From Vicugna vicugna (taxonomy: Eukaryota): DNA of 64,000 nt. Positions within the stretch are counted from its first letter, which is position 1; every line of letters begins with the position of its first letter. The notes under the pieces were generated by a model. The model saw only the letters and a program-made list of their open reading frames with translations, did not search any database and was not told where the DNA came from. Positions 25,132 through 36,182 of this stretch are shown here, in pieces. Where the stretch lies: positions 744,001 to 808,000 of the forward strand of contig MU062317.1 of assembly GCA_013265495.1 (NCBI GenBank), read 5' to 3'. The position numbers and the translations under genes are program-made.

Positions 25132-26544
25132 CGGCCTCCTTTTGAATTTCTACTTGGGGGTAACTGTCAACAATCCAAAGAAGGACACAGTCATGGCTGG
25201 ACCGAAGGGCCCCGGCCCTGGGCAAACCTGGCCCAGTGGGAGCCTTGGTCTAGAGTCCTGACTCTGGCCCCACCCAGGGACACAGTGGGCGGCCAGACAG
25301 CCATCTGTTGCATCCACCCTCTGAAGCCGGAATCACAGGAGTCTCCAGCCCCACCCAGTCCCCCGGCTGATGCTGGAGCCTGGGGGCAGAGAGGGACCAG
25401 GAGGGCGGCTGGTCGGGCAACGCTAAGCTCTGAGGCAAAGCTTCGCGGATGCACCAGGCAAAGGAAGTAACGTCTCTTTGTCGGGGGTCCCAAGACAGAC
25501 CCCGCCCAAACCTGCCGGTGCTGGGCCGGGGGCCGCTGGGCCTGCGCTAATCACCTGGGGGCAAACACAGGACTTAAAATGTGCAGCCGAGGTTCTTGGG
25601 GAAGGGGAAGGAAGGAAGGAGAGAGAGGAGGTCACGTTCAGGAAGATGGGCTGGAAAGGACCGGCCGTGAGGCCAACAGAGAAACCCCGAGGTGGACGGA
25701 AGCGCCGGCCACAGGGAGCAGACACTCGGGCCTCCGCTGGCCCGAACGTCCCGTTTTGGACAGAGTCATGTCGCAAAAGAAGCACACGCCTTACTCTTGA
25801 GCAGAAGAAGCATATAATTTGGGGGTACAGAATGGGGGTTCGGTGTCCGAGGTGGGCTTTTCAAAGGGGTCCCAGCCCCATCAAGGGGGAACTAGGGATT
25901 CGCACACACCAGGCGGGTCCGGCCGGGGCGGGGAGGGCCGAGGACGCTTCTGGGGAGGTGTGAGCAGCTGTGTTTGCGAATCCTCACGGGGGCGGCCCCG
26001 CGGCCAGCTTCTCCGCAAGCAGCTTCTCCCGCCACCCCGGGGGCGACTTTCCAGCCTGCGCCCAGGCGCACGGGGCTCTCAGTCTGTTCCCTTGACTGGA
26101 TCTGGGGAAGGCCGAAGCTCTCCCCCCGGGCTCCGCAGGTCTGTGCCTGCTGCCCTCCGGGACCTCCCACCGCAGGTCTCCGCAAGGAGCCTGACCTCCC
26201 CGGGCCCAGGTGGACGATTGTCTTGGCCCTGCGGAGCGACCGGACGCGCGGCTGCACCACAGCCGTTTGAGTTTTCACGCTTTTTTCAAGGGCAACTTGG
26301 GCAAATCTTTTTCTATTCTTGGGACGCCCTTCTGTTTCTTGCAAACGTTAAAAGAAATAAATAGAACACTTGTCTTCAATGCAAATGCAACTGAAACTCA
26401 AATTTAACAAAAACACGTGATTGTCTGGAAAACGGGCGGCAGGGGCGGCAGGTTTCGCTGCGGGGGCACGCGGGGTATTTGGCACATTAAAGTCGCCCCG
26501 CCCCCTGGTTACGGATCACACAGCACACAACCTTATTACAAGGG

Positions 26545-26552
26545 TTTGGTCC
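26545..26552 (-). promoter_or_regulatory. miR-133 8mer seed site GGACCAAA in the PRDM16 3' UTR
   Basis: Plus-strand tttggtcc equals miR-133a-3p nt 1-8; PRDM16 is an established miR-133 target in rodents. Confidence 0.75.
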
Positions 26553-28011
26553 TTCACTAGATCCTTATATTAACATTTCTTCACAATAAGAATGTCTAAT
26601 GCCAAAATACTGTTAAGGAAAAAATAAAATAAGAAAAGAAATGAATTAGAAAAAATTACAAGTTATATACAGATTAAGGTAAATTCCATCAGGGAAAAAA
26701 CACTACTCTTCGAAACTGGCCCCTAGGGGAATAATTTAAAGCCCATCCGAGTGGAGAAGCAGCCGGTCCCCGGGGAGGCGCCGTCCCCACGGTGCTGCGC
26801 TGTCCTTGCTCTCTGCGGCGGGTCGTGTCTGGATGCCCTTCGTTCTGGAGCCGGGTCCCGCCCGCCAGGAACCCACACAAGAAGCGAGGCGGCAGTCGTG
26901 TCCCGGAGCCAGGGTCTCAGGTGCACGCAGAGCTCGGCTGCCTGGAGCAGGGGAGCCACGGCGTGCGCCCCGCAGCGGCCCCCCACACACCCACTTCCTT
27001 CCGCCGTCCGTCTGGTGGGGGTGGGGGAGGGCAGGGGTGCAGATCCGAAAGTGGTGGCAGGCTCGGCGGTACCGATCCCTCTGCCCTGGGGACCGAGCCC
27101 CCACTCTGACCTTCCCCAGACAATTGGGGGGTCTTGGTGGGGGCCGCGGGCACGAACCACGTGTCACACACTGACAGGCACATCTCCGAGCCCCAGCCTC
27201 GGACCGGCCCAGGACACCCTACCCAAGATTTCCGGGCACAGTCTGAACCCGCTCCCAGGAGTGGGCCCGCCCCCTCGGTGCTGCCTGGGGGCGCCCCGCT
27301 CTCCTTGGCTTTACAAACAGGGTCGGGGATAGAAAATGTCTCCATCATCTACAAAGAACACCTCCCAACACTGTGCTGCTTCCCGGGCAGGTCTGGGTCT
27401 GCAAATAAGCTGAGATTTCAAAGCAATGCAAAATTACTTTTAAAAAACAATTTCCAAGTCACTTTGTGATTTTTTTCTTTTAAAAATACTGTCTATTTTT
27501 AAAACCACATGCTTAAATAAACTCTGTCGTCAATAAGATTACCAAAAGGGTCTTTCTGGTCATTTCACTATAAAAACCGCCTGGCGACTCCCTCTGCAGA
27601 GCACACCCAGCTGCCCCTTCCCTCCCGGGACTCCACGCAGGCGCCCGGGGTGGCCGCTGGCTTCAGTTCGGGACTCGGATCCCGCCCTCGCCCCTGGGTG
27701 GACTCCACGAGCAGCTCCCCTGCGCTGAGCCCCGATGGGCCTGTGCTGTGCCACCTTGGACGCCGCTGTCCTCAGCGCCAGTTCCTGGAGAAGCTGAAGC
27801 CTTCCAAGGATGTCCAGGTTCTGGGTTTTCACTGGAGAAATTCGAGCTGAACTGTGGTGGGGGGACAGGTGCTGAGGAGTGGCCACTCGGCCCCGGGCCG
27901 CACCGGCTCCCAGGCCCTCGCCTCCATCTTCCACAGCTGGGATTCCTGTTGGGATGTTGGGGGCCCGTGGTGGCCTCGCCTGGACTCTGACCCCAGCCCC
28001 TTCTGGGTCGG

Positions 28012-28146
28012 TCAGAGGTGGTTGATGGGGTTAAAGGCTCCAGACTCTGGCGTGGCTCCTGTGATGTTCAGCCAAGCGTCCAGAGGGCTCTGGGAGGAGG
28101 CGTGGAGAGACGTGTCCTCCGAGAGCGACAGCATCATTGCGTACGC
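28012..28146 (-). CDS. PRDM16: PRDM16 exon 17, coding part with stop codon
   Basis: AYAMMLSLSEDTSLHASSQSPLDAWLNITGATPESGAFNPINHL then TGA; acceptor CCAG|GCG; 135 nt. Confidence 0.96.
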   Translation of the reverse strand, partial: AYAMMLSLSEDTSLHASSQSPLDAWLNITGATPESGAFNPINHL

Positions 28147-29348
28147 CTGGCGGGGAGAGGACGAGGGCGCAGACAGGACAGGCTGTGAGTGGCGTGGGCC
28201 AGGGCCCTGCAGGCCCAGGCTGCTGCATCCTCGCCCCTCCCGACCTCCCACGCCCTCCGACTGGCCTCAGATCCAGACGTGCGGCGAGGGCAGGGCGCGG
28301 GGCCGGCCCGCAGAGGAGGCATTGGCGGTGGGAGCGCCGGGCGAAAGCAGGACCTCCGCTGGGCCCCCGTGCAGAGGGCGCCAAGACGCCCGGATGGCCA
28401 GGGACCTTGTGCGAGGGCTCCCACAGCCTCTCGGGGCCACACCCTCCTTTGCAGAAACTTCCCCACCCCCGTGATCAGCACGGATTCCCCCTGCTCTTTG
28501 GAGGTACTGGGGACTGCTGGACCCCCGTCAGCGAGGCTCAGGCCCTGCCTGGTGGGGCCTGTCCCGCTTGGACTACCACAGCGACAGCACAGAGCTATTT
28601 CGGGGAAGCCGCCTGGAGCCCGGCTTCGTCCGCAGGGTGTGAGTGGACGGAACGCGGCCGCTCAGAGCAGGCAGGGGCAGATGAAGCCCCCCCCGCGTTA
28701 ACACTCCGGACACGATTAGTAAGAAGACAAAGACAAACACGCAGACGGTTTCGCTGAGACTCGGGTGGGCTGCAGGTGGCCGAGTGAAACCCCCGCCCCC
28801 CCCGACTGGGGACACGCAGGAGGCAGGTCCTGCGGAACCTACACCGAGGAGCTGGGGTGAGACGTGCCGGGCCAGCCCATTGTCCCGCCGACCCCCTCGC
28901 AGCTTCTGCTTGGAATCGGTGGCCCCGGACGGGGCAGCATCCCTCAGGAAACCCCCGGCCTGCCATCACTCTTGCTCGGGTCAGAGGTGGAGGGAGGCCG
29001 ATGCAGGACACCTGCTGGCGGGCACCTCCCGCCGGGGGCGTGAGGACAGTGACCCACGTGTCCGTGAACACTGCGGTGGGGGGGGGGGCTCCCAGGTGAG
29101 GGTCTGGCTCATACTCATCTGCCCTCGTCCTCTATCTGCCCTGCCCGTTTGCGGGACACTGGGGTCACTTGGGGTCTCTCTAGCTGATGCGATGGGCACA
29201 GGAGGGCCACGGTGGGTCCTGGGCGTCCCCCAGGCAGGCACGGGACGGCCACAGTGAGAAGCGGGCTGTCCCTGGTGGAGGAGGCGCGGCTGGCGCCTGC
29301 CGTCCAGCCTGGGAAAGGGGATGGGGGTGGGCTCTGGTGGATACCTAC

Positions 29349-29523
29349 CTGGTTCTTAGCCTGCCTGTACAGGGTCTGTTTTAAAGCCTCAGAATCTAGA
29401 GTGGAATTAAGCACATCTTTAACTTCAAATGCTTCCTCAGCTGCTCTGCGGAGATCCAGCCCCTTCCCAAAAGTCGGCATCGGCTCCAAAGCTAACAGGC
29501 CGCCTGGTGGCTCCTCAGCACAC
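29349..29523 (-). CDS. PRDM16: PRDM16 exon 16
   Basis: CAEEPPGGLLALEPMPTFGKGLDLRRAAEEAFEVKDVLNSTLDSEALKQTLYRQAKNQ; TGCAG|G and CAG|GTAGGT; 175 nt. Confidence 0.96.
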
Positions 29524-30406
29524 CTGCACCAAGGACCGGGAGGGGGCCTGCCGTTAGCTGGCCTGGCCTCTGGCCCCCTCTCCGACGCCCCACGGCTGGC
29601 TCTGTGCCTGCATGCATGCCACAGCATCTCCGAGAGCCACATGCACAGGGAGACAGACACACGGACACACGGACACCTGGACAGAAGTCACACGATGCAG
29701 GAGCCACAGATGGAGGGCAGGAGGAGGTGAGTGCGTGCACACACACTGCAAGCGGCAGGCAGGGCACCCGGCTCTCCGGGGACGGAGGATGGGAGGAGGG
29801 CCTCGGGTCCCCAGAATCTGGGTGGCTCTGGAGGAGCCCGGGGCTCCCTCTCCCAGGACCCATGGGTGCGAGGAAGCGGACCATCTCCGAAGGGCCTCCT
29901 GGATCTATGCCCACCCCCTCCCGCAGGGGGATGCTGGTAGCATCACTGGTGCCAGAGGTAGGCGGCGAGCAGTCAGGACATGAAGGAAGAGGCTCTGGCC
30001 CACCGACCCCCAAAACTAGGGGTGGCTCAGCCCCTACCCCACACAGCCTGCAGGAGGCCAGAGGTCACAGCCCTGGCCTGACGGGCAGGTCTTCCGCAGG
30101 GGCTGCGGGTCTAGGACCAGCGCCCTCTCAGGCTTCCCCTCCCCGGCTCTGCTTCCAGGCCTGGGTAAGTGTGCATGCGTGTGCACGTGTGTTTGAGAGT
30201 GTCGGGGGCGGGAGCCCTGCCCCTCTCCTCGGGCCTGGCCTCACCCTGGCCGCACACAGAGGTCCCTGCGGCAGAAATGCCCGCTGGGAGGGTGGGCGAG
30301 CCCGGCTGGAGGACGGCGGGCTCCCGAGGGAGGTCGCCCCCGGGATGCTCGGCCCCTCCCTGCCCGGGGCGCCCGGCACGCGAGGCCCGCAGAGGCCGGT
30401 GCCCAC

Positions 30407-30643
30407 CTTCGGGTGTGATCGAAGCCCACGGCCAGGGGGGCGGGCGGCTCCTCGTCCTCCTCGTCCCCGTAGGCGCCCTGGGGCTCAGGCGTGGGGGACA
30501 CGGTGTCGTCCTGAGACTTCCCGGCCAGGCTCTCCTCGTCGTCCTCCTCCAGGTCCTCCTCCTCCTCCTCTTCCACGTCGCCCCGCTTCCCGCGGGCCAG
30601 GCCGGGGCACTGGGAGGCGCCGTCCAGGTCCTGGACCTCCGGC
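30407..30643 (-). CDS. PRDM16: PRDM16 exon 15 (acidic domain)
   Basis: PEVQDLDGASQCPG...DVEEEEEEDLEEDDEESLAGKSQDDTVSP...LAVGFDHTR; TTCAG|G and AG|GTGGGC; 237 nt. Confidence 0.95.
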
Positions 30644-32214
30644 CTGAAGTGACACGGGAGGGAGTTGGCTGCAGACCCCAGAGGCCAGCGGCGCGGCTTC
30701 AGGTGGCTTGAACTCCACTGCCCTCCACCCGACGGCCTTCCCGCTGCCTTCGAAGAGAGCCTGCCTTCCCGGTCACTAAGCCCGCAGAGCTGCGGTCTGG
30801 AGCGGCTGGTTTCCACCCTTGGCCTCAGCCGCCATCTTTGTGGATCAGGGAGAGAAGCGAGCCTGCTGGAGGCAGAGCACGGACCGCTCGGCAGCGCGAA
30901 CACGGGCCGTTCAGGGGCCCGGAGAAGGAAGTCACGGCCCGCCTGCGGGGAAGGGGGCCCTGGGCGCGGGCGCTCGGGTCGGACCCCGCACGAGGAGCAC
31001 AGGAGGTTTGCCAGCCCAGCCCTGACGGGTGCTTGCTGCCCCCCGCCCGCCGTGAGGGTGTGAGGGCGGGGCGGCCCCAGGCGAGGGACCCTCTGCAGAT
31101 GGAATGTCTGGGGTCGAGGGTTCTGGACGTCCAGGGCTGGGCCGCTGTCAGCCCTGGAAGCCGCCAGGATGAGTGTGCTTCAGAGGCTGGGGGAGTGTCC
31201 CCTGCAGCCCAGACCCCACCTCATCTCCCGTGCGGTCACTGCAGCCGGGAGAGCCTTTCCGACTCTGGGTCTTTGTATTGAAAGGGAAGGACAAGCAGAG
31301 AGCGGGAGGGAGGGCGCAGTTCTCTCAGGAAACGTCACTGGGGTTCGTCTGATTCGTCTGCGAGCCTGGGACCAGGTGCCGTGGCCGCAGGTGGGCTGGG
31401 CCTGAAGCTGCCTGGGCAGGGGGTGGAGGGGACGGGGAGGGCCAGGCTCACGCTTCCCGAGTCCGAGCTCTGAGTCCCAGACCCGCTCCTTCCTGGACCT
31501 CCCACGGCCCGCAGAAACTAGCCCACTGCTGTGGGGGAGACCGGAGGCCCCGCTCGGGGCATCGGGATGAGGGGGGACATCCTCTCTGAGTGATCACTGC
31601 CTCCAAACGCAGGGGAGGCCCGGGGCTGGGGAGACCCCGACGGCCCTGCTTTGAGCCGCCTGGCCTTTGCTTCCTGCTTCTCCACGGGAGAGCGTACAGA
31701 CACCGGCGGTCCTCCCGCCCTCCAGGACGAGCAGAAGCCCGCCCCGCTTCCCGCGTCGCTGGGCACCCGTGCTGGTCACTGGGCACACGCCCGTCCACCG
31801 GGGCGAGGCCCACGGGGCCGGGTCTGGCCTCCGTTCCTGGGTCTCGATAGGGCCCCCTTGGGTGGGGCCTTGCCTTCTCGGAGCCCACGCCCTCGGGGCG
31901 ACGTGAGAACGGCCCCCACGCTGAGGGCTGATGAACAGCACAGGTGGGGAGCCCAGGCAGACGGGGCTCCGGTCATGTTCGGAGCCGTGTGTGGCTGCCA
32001 TGCGGGTTAGCCCTCTGTGGGAGCAGGGCGTCTCTGTGCTCCCAGCCCCACCCACACAGAGGGTCTGCTCATCCGTAGGAGGCCTGCGCCCAGCACCAGT
32101 GCTCAGTGGCTGGGGTTGGGGGCACAGAACAGAGGTCTGGCTGGAGACAGGTGCCGACAGAGAGGACAAGGGTGGCTGCCAGGCCTCCAAACAGCTGCTC
32201 GGATGCGGGGGTGT

Positions 32215-32630
32215 CGCCGGGGGCCACCATCACAAAGTATCACAGCTCAAACAGGCCTGGAGTCTAGACGTCTGAGGTCCAGGCGTCACAACGCTGGTTC
32301 CCTCGGGGCCTGGGGGACAGAAGCCCTCCCAGGCCTCTCCCAAGACTCCGGTGGTTTGTGGCTGCCCTTGGGTTTTCTTGGCTTGTAGACGCATCCCCTG
32401 ACCTCAGCTTCACCTTCACGTGGCATCTCCCGGGGTGCGTGTCTGTGTCTAGAGTTCCCCTTTTTATAAGGACATTGGTCCTATCGGATATGGGCCACCT
32501 GACTCCAGTAAGACCTCATCTTAACTCATGAGTTCTGCAGAGACCCTCTTTCCAAATAAGGTCACACACGGAGGTGCTGGAGGTTGGGACTTCAATGCGG
32601 GAATTCTGGGGGGTACGATTCAGCCCAGAA
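32215..32630 (-). mobile_element. MaLR solo LTR (MLT1 family)
   Basis: TTTTATAAGGACA...CCTCATCTTAACT...CTGCAGAGACCCT.TTTCCAAATAAGGTCACA...GGACTTCAA...ATTCAGCCC is the reverse complement of the MLT1A-C 5' portion. Confidence 0.75.
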
Positions 32631-33867
32631 GTTTATGTCTGTGTGGGGCCAGGAAGCCTGGCAGACCCTGAATTCTCTGGCTCTGGATGAGAACCAGATA
32701 ACGTTAACACTGGCCCCAAACTGAACTCTCAATATCCCACCACTTATGCACATTAGTGGACAGATGTCAGCTGTGACCGTGGTTCCCACCACGATGTGGC
32801 GGCACCTGCAGGGGGCTCCCAGCTCCCGGGATGAGCCAGGATGGGCCATCCGGGAGCCGGGGCTTGTGGCCCAGCTCTGCTCCAGGCTGTCTGGGTGGCA
32901 GGGGCCAGCCTGCTGTGTCTGAGCCGAACTTGCTGCCCCACACCCCGGGGGCCCTGCTTGAGATGCTCTGCTCCCCGGGTGGGGGTGGACCCACCCCTTT
33001 CCCCTCCAGGGATGCGCCTCTGTCCTGGTGGCCCTCCTGGAGTGTCCTCCTGGTGGCTGAGAGCTGGGCCTGCCACCCGAACCCAGGGCGTGGGAGCCCT
33101 TCCGGTGCTCCCCCTGCCCCACGGAGGACGCCCCCACCACATCCTTGTTGTGTCTCCTCTGGCTTTGCTGGGGGCAGGGAGCCACAGTCCAGGGGACGGC
33201 CTTTAATAAGCGGGATGTGCCTCGTGGCCTGGCCGTGGGCTTCAGTGAGGCCTGGCCCCGGGTGCTCATGTCTGTACTGGGCTAACAACGGACAGCTCTC
33301 GGGCGGAGCCGCAGGGCTGAGGAGGATGGACAGGGCTGCAGAGTAGGAGGCTGCTCCGGGATCCAGATCTCCGCTGCCCAGCAGGGTGGGGCTCTGGGAA
33401 GCACAGCCCATGCCAGCCTCTCCCACCGACCCCTCCTCTGAGCCTACCTGGGGGTCAGGTGAGGCCTCCCCTCTCAGGGCACGGATTTAGGGCTTAGAAG
33501 AGCCAGGAACAGTCCAGGTACCACATCTGTCTGTCGATCGGACAGGTCTTCCCAGTGCCCTGCTCTGCCCCCGGGAGAACCCGTGAGCGGGAGATGCAGC
33601 TGCCCTGGGGGAGGCCGGGTGTCTGGGGGGTGGGGAGGGCCCCGAGCTCCAGGGGACGGCGGGGGCCCTGGCTCTGGGCTCTGGGCCTGCCTGTGAGGCT
33701 GGAGCAAGTCTCCGCCTTCTCTGGGCCTCCTTTTCGTCCGCATAATTAGGGGAGCACACCCCTGAGGACTCTCGGAATTTGGGTGTCTCTGATTCTCGGG
33801 TCAGCGGAGCCTTGGAAGGGAGGTTATGCACAACACCCTCCACCCTTAATGAAGTCCTTCACTTTCC

Positions 33868-33869
<2 letters not shown>

Positions 33870-33901
<32 letters not shown>
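33870..33901. repeat. (TG)15 microsatellite
   Basis: Read directly from the sequence. Confidence 0.97.
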
Positions 33902-33904
<3 letters not shown>

Positions 33905-34295
33905 AAGGAGCAGTGCTCTTAAGGGACCTTTCATGCCTCGGATGAAGTGAGAATGTTCTCAAGTTTCAGGGGCGTGGCAGAGCTCCTGGCAGCAGCCCTC
34001 ACCTGGCCGGCGTTCTGCTGCCCATCTGTCAACATCCAGGCCAAACTGGGCTGTTTATCCTAAACGGCCCCCGTGCTGGCGCTGCACCGAGCGTGTGACA
34101 CACACCGCCACACACACCACCGGTCGAGGGTGCTCATTCTGATCCCTCTCAGGTGAGAGACTGAGGCAGAGGGGGTGGAGCGGGCGGCAGAGCGCGTGGG
34201 CCTGCCCTCTGCAGGGGGCCCCCCTGCTCAAGCACCGGGCGGGGGCACCTGTCTGGGCGTGACTGTACCTCCGGGCCCCAGGAGGGGCGTCTTAC

Positions 34296-34470
34296 CGTTT
34301 GTCTGTTCGTGATGATGCTTGGTTCATCTCGCTGTTGGCGATGAAGTTTCTGATTTCAGAGAAATACGAGTCTTCCTTCTCGTCTAAAAGTGCGTGGTTG
34401 TCCGACTCGGAGGTGGGGGAGGAGGCGCCGGTCCCCAGGTGGTTCGTGAGGACCCCGGAGTGCTGGCTCA
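34296..34470 (-). CDS. PRDM16: PRDM16 exon 14
   Basis: VSQHSGVLTNHLGTGASSPTSESDNHALLDEKEDSYFSEIRNFIANSEMNQASSRTDK; GCAG|TG and CG|GTAAGA; 175 nt. Confidence 0.97.
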
Positions 34471-34548
34471 CTGCGGGGTGCGGGAGCATCAGAGGAGGTG
34501 TGCCCCGCGGAGCCCCTCCCTCCGGGGCACACGGGGGTGGGGTGGTCA

Positions 34549-34983
<435 letters not shown>

Positions 34984-36121
34984 TCAGAGGAGCCTGGCCG
35001 GCCGCGGGGCCTGGGCCCTGCACCCCTCCCCGGGCCTGGCGGAGACCCCTGCCCACGCGGTTCCCCCGAGGCCGCTGGCTCACAGCCAAAGCAGCCCTAG
35101 GAAGCAGGTGCCCCCCCTCGACTCCTGGGCGGTGGGCAGCTTCAGAATGTGCCCCCCGCTGGCAGAGGGGACGCTCTGGGGCTGAGCGCCCAGCTGTGCG
35201 TCGGGGGGACCCTCCAGCCTCTCTCAGCATCTCCCGCCCTCTGCTGTCTGGGTCCCCCAGCACGGAGGCCGAGGCCTGGTGGTCTGTGAGCAGAGGGTGA
35301 CGTGCTCCCGGCAGCCTCAAGGGGGCAGCAGCGCACCAGGAAAGATGCTCCTGGCCAGTTTTCCCGGGAAGGAGGGGCCCAGACTCCCCGGCAGAGAGAC
35401 CCCCATCCTGGCACCGGGAGGGCGAGGAGCGCTGGCCTGGTCCCGGCCCCTCTTAGCGGTCCTTGGGCGGACCCTGTCTCCCTCGGGGCCTCAGTTGCCA
35501 ATCCACGAAGGGGCGTGGGGCTGCCTCGAGTCTCCAGCATCCTCCACTGCTCTAAGGTCAGGGGGCTCTCGGCCCTGCCCCGTCAGGCTGCCTCCTGCGC
35601 ACGGACCCCCTGCGGCTGAGGGTACCGCCAGCCCCACGTGCCCACGTGATCTTTGTGCGTCTCCGCAGGGGCACCAGCTGCCAGCCTGCACCACGCACTT
35701 GGGAGATTAGAGAGGGACGCGCCTGCCTCCAGACGCCTCGGGTGCGTCTGTCAGAATGCTGCCTGGACGTTCCGAGCTCATCGAAGCAAAGCGCTCACTG
35801 CTGGGCAGCTGCCGCGGGGAACAGTCTGCCCCGGGCAGGTCCCCTTGGGCGTGGGGCCTGTGCGGGGCTCGGCCTTCACGACCACAATCGGAGGCCCTGA
35901 GGTCCGGGAAAGAGAGGGTGATTTCCCCGTTTTATAAAGTGAGGGTCCGACGACACCGGCACCAAGAAGCAAGAAGCAGAGGGATGTGTAGGGGGACATG
36001 GGGTGCGGAGGACCCACAGCTCCACAGACGGCACTGCCCCCCCGGTGGCAGGAGTCCAAGCACAGGCCGGACAGCTCACTGCGGGCACCCCCCGCGCTGT
36101 GCGTCCAGCTGGGCCACGGCA

Positions 36122-36182
36122 GCAGGACTCTGGCTGGGGGCTCTGGTGCGCGCAGGACTCTGGCTGGGGGGCTCTGGTGCGC
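36122..36182. repeat. Near-perfect 30-bp tandem duplication
   Basis: GCAGGACTCTGGCTGGGGG(G)CTCTGGTGCGC occurs twice. Confidence 0.9.

Larger units (their letters stand above)
23380..28011 (-). other. PRDM16: PRDM16 3' UTR (~4.6 kb)
   Basis: Runs from the stop codon to the AATAAA found at 23398-23403; AU-rich blocks at ~23380-24300, 26260-26720 and 27300-27570 stand out from the GC-rich surroundings; length is similar to the recalled human UTR. The 3' end is approximate. Confidence 0.8.
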
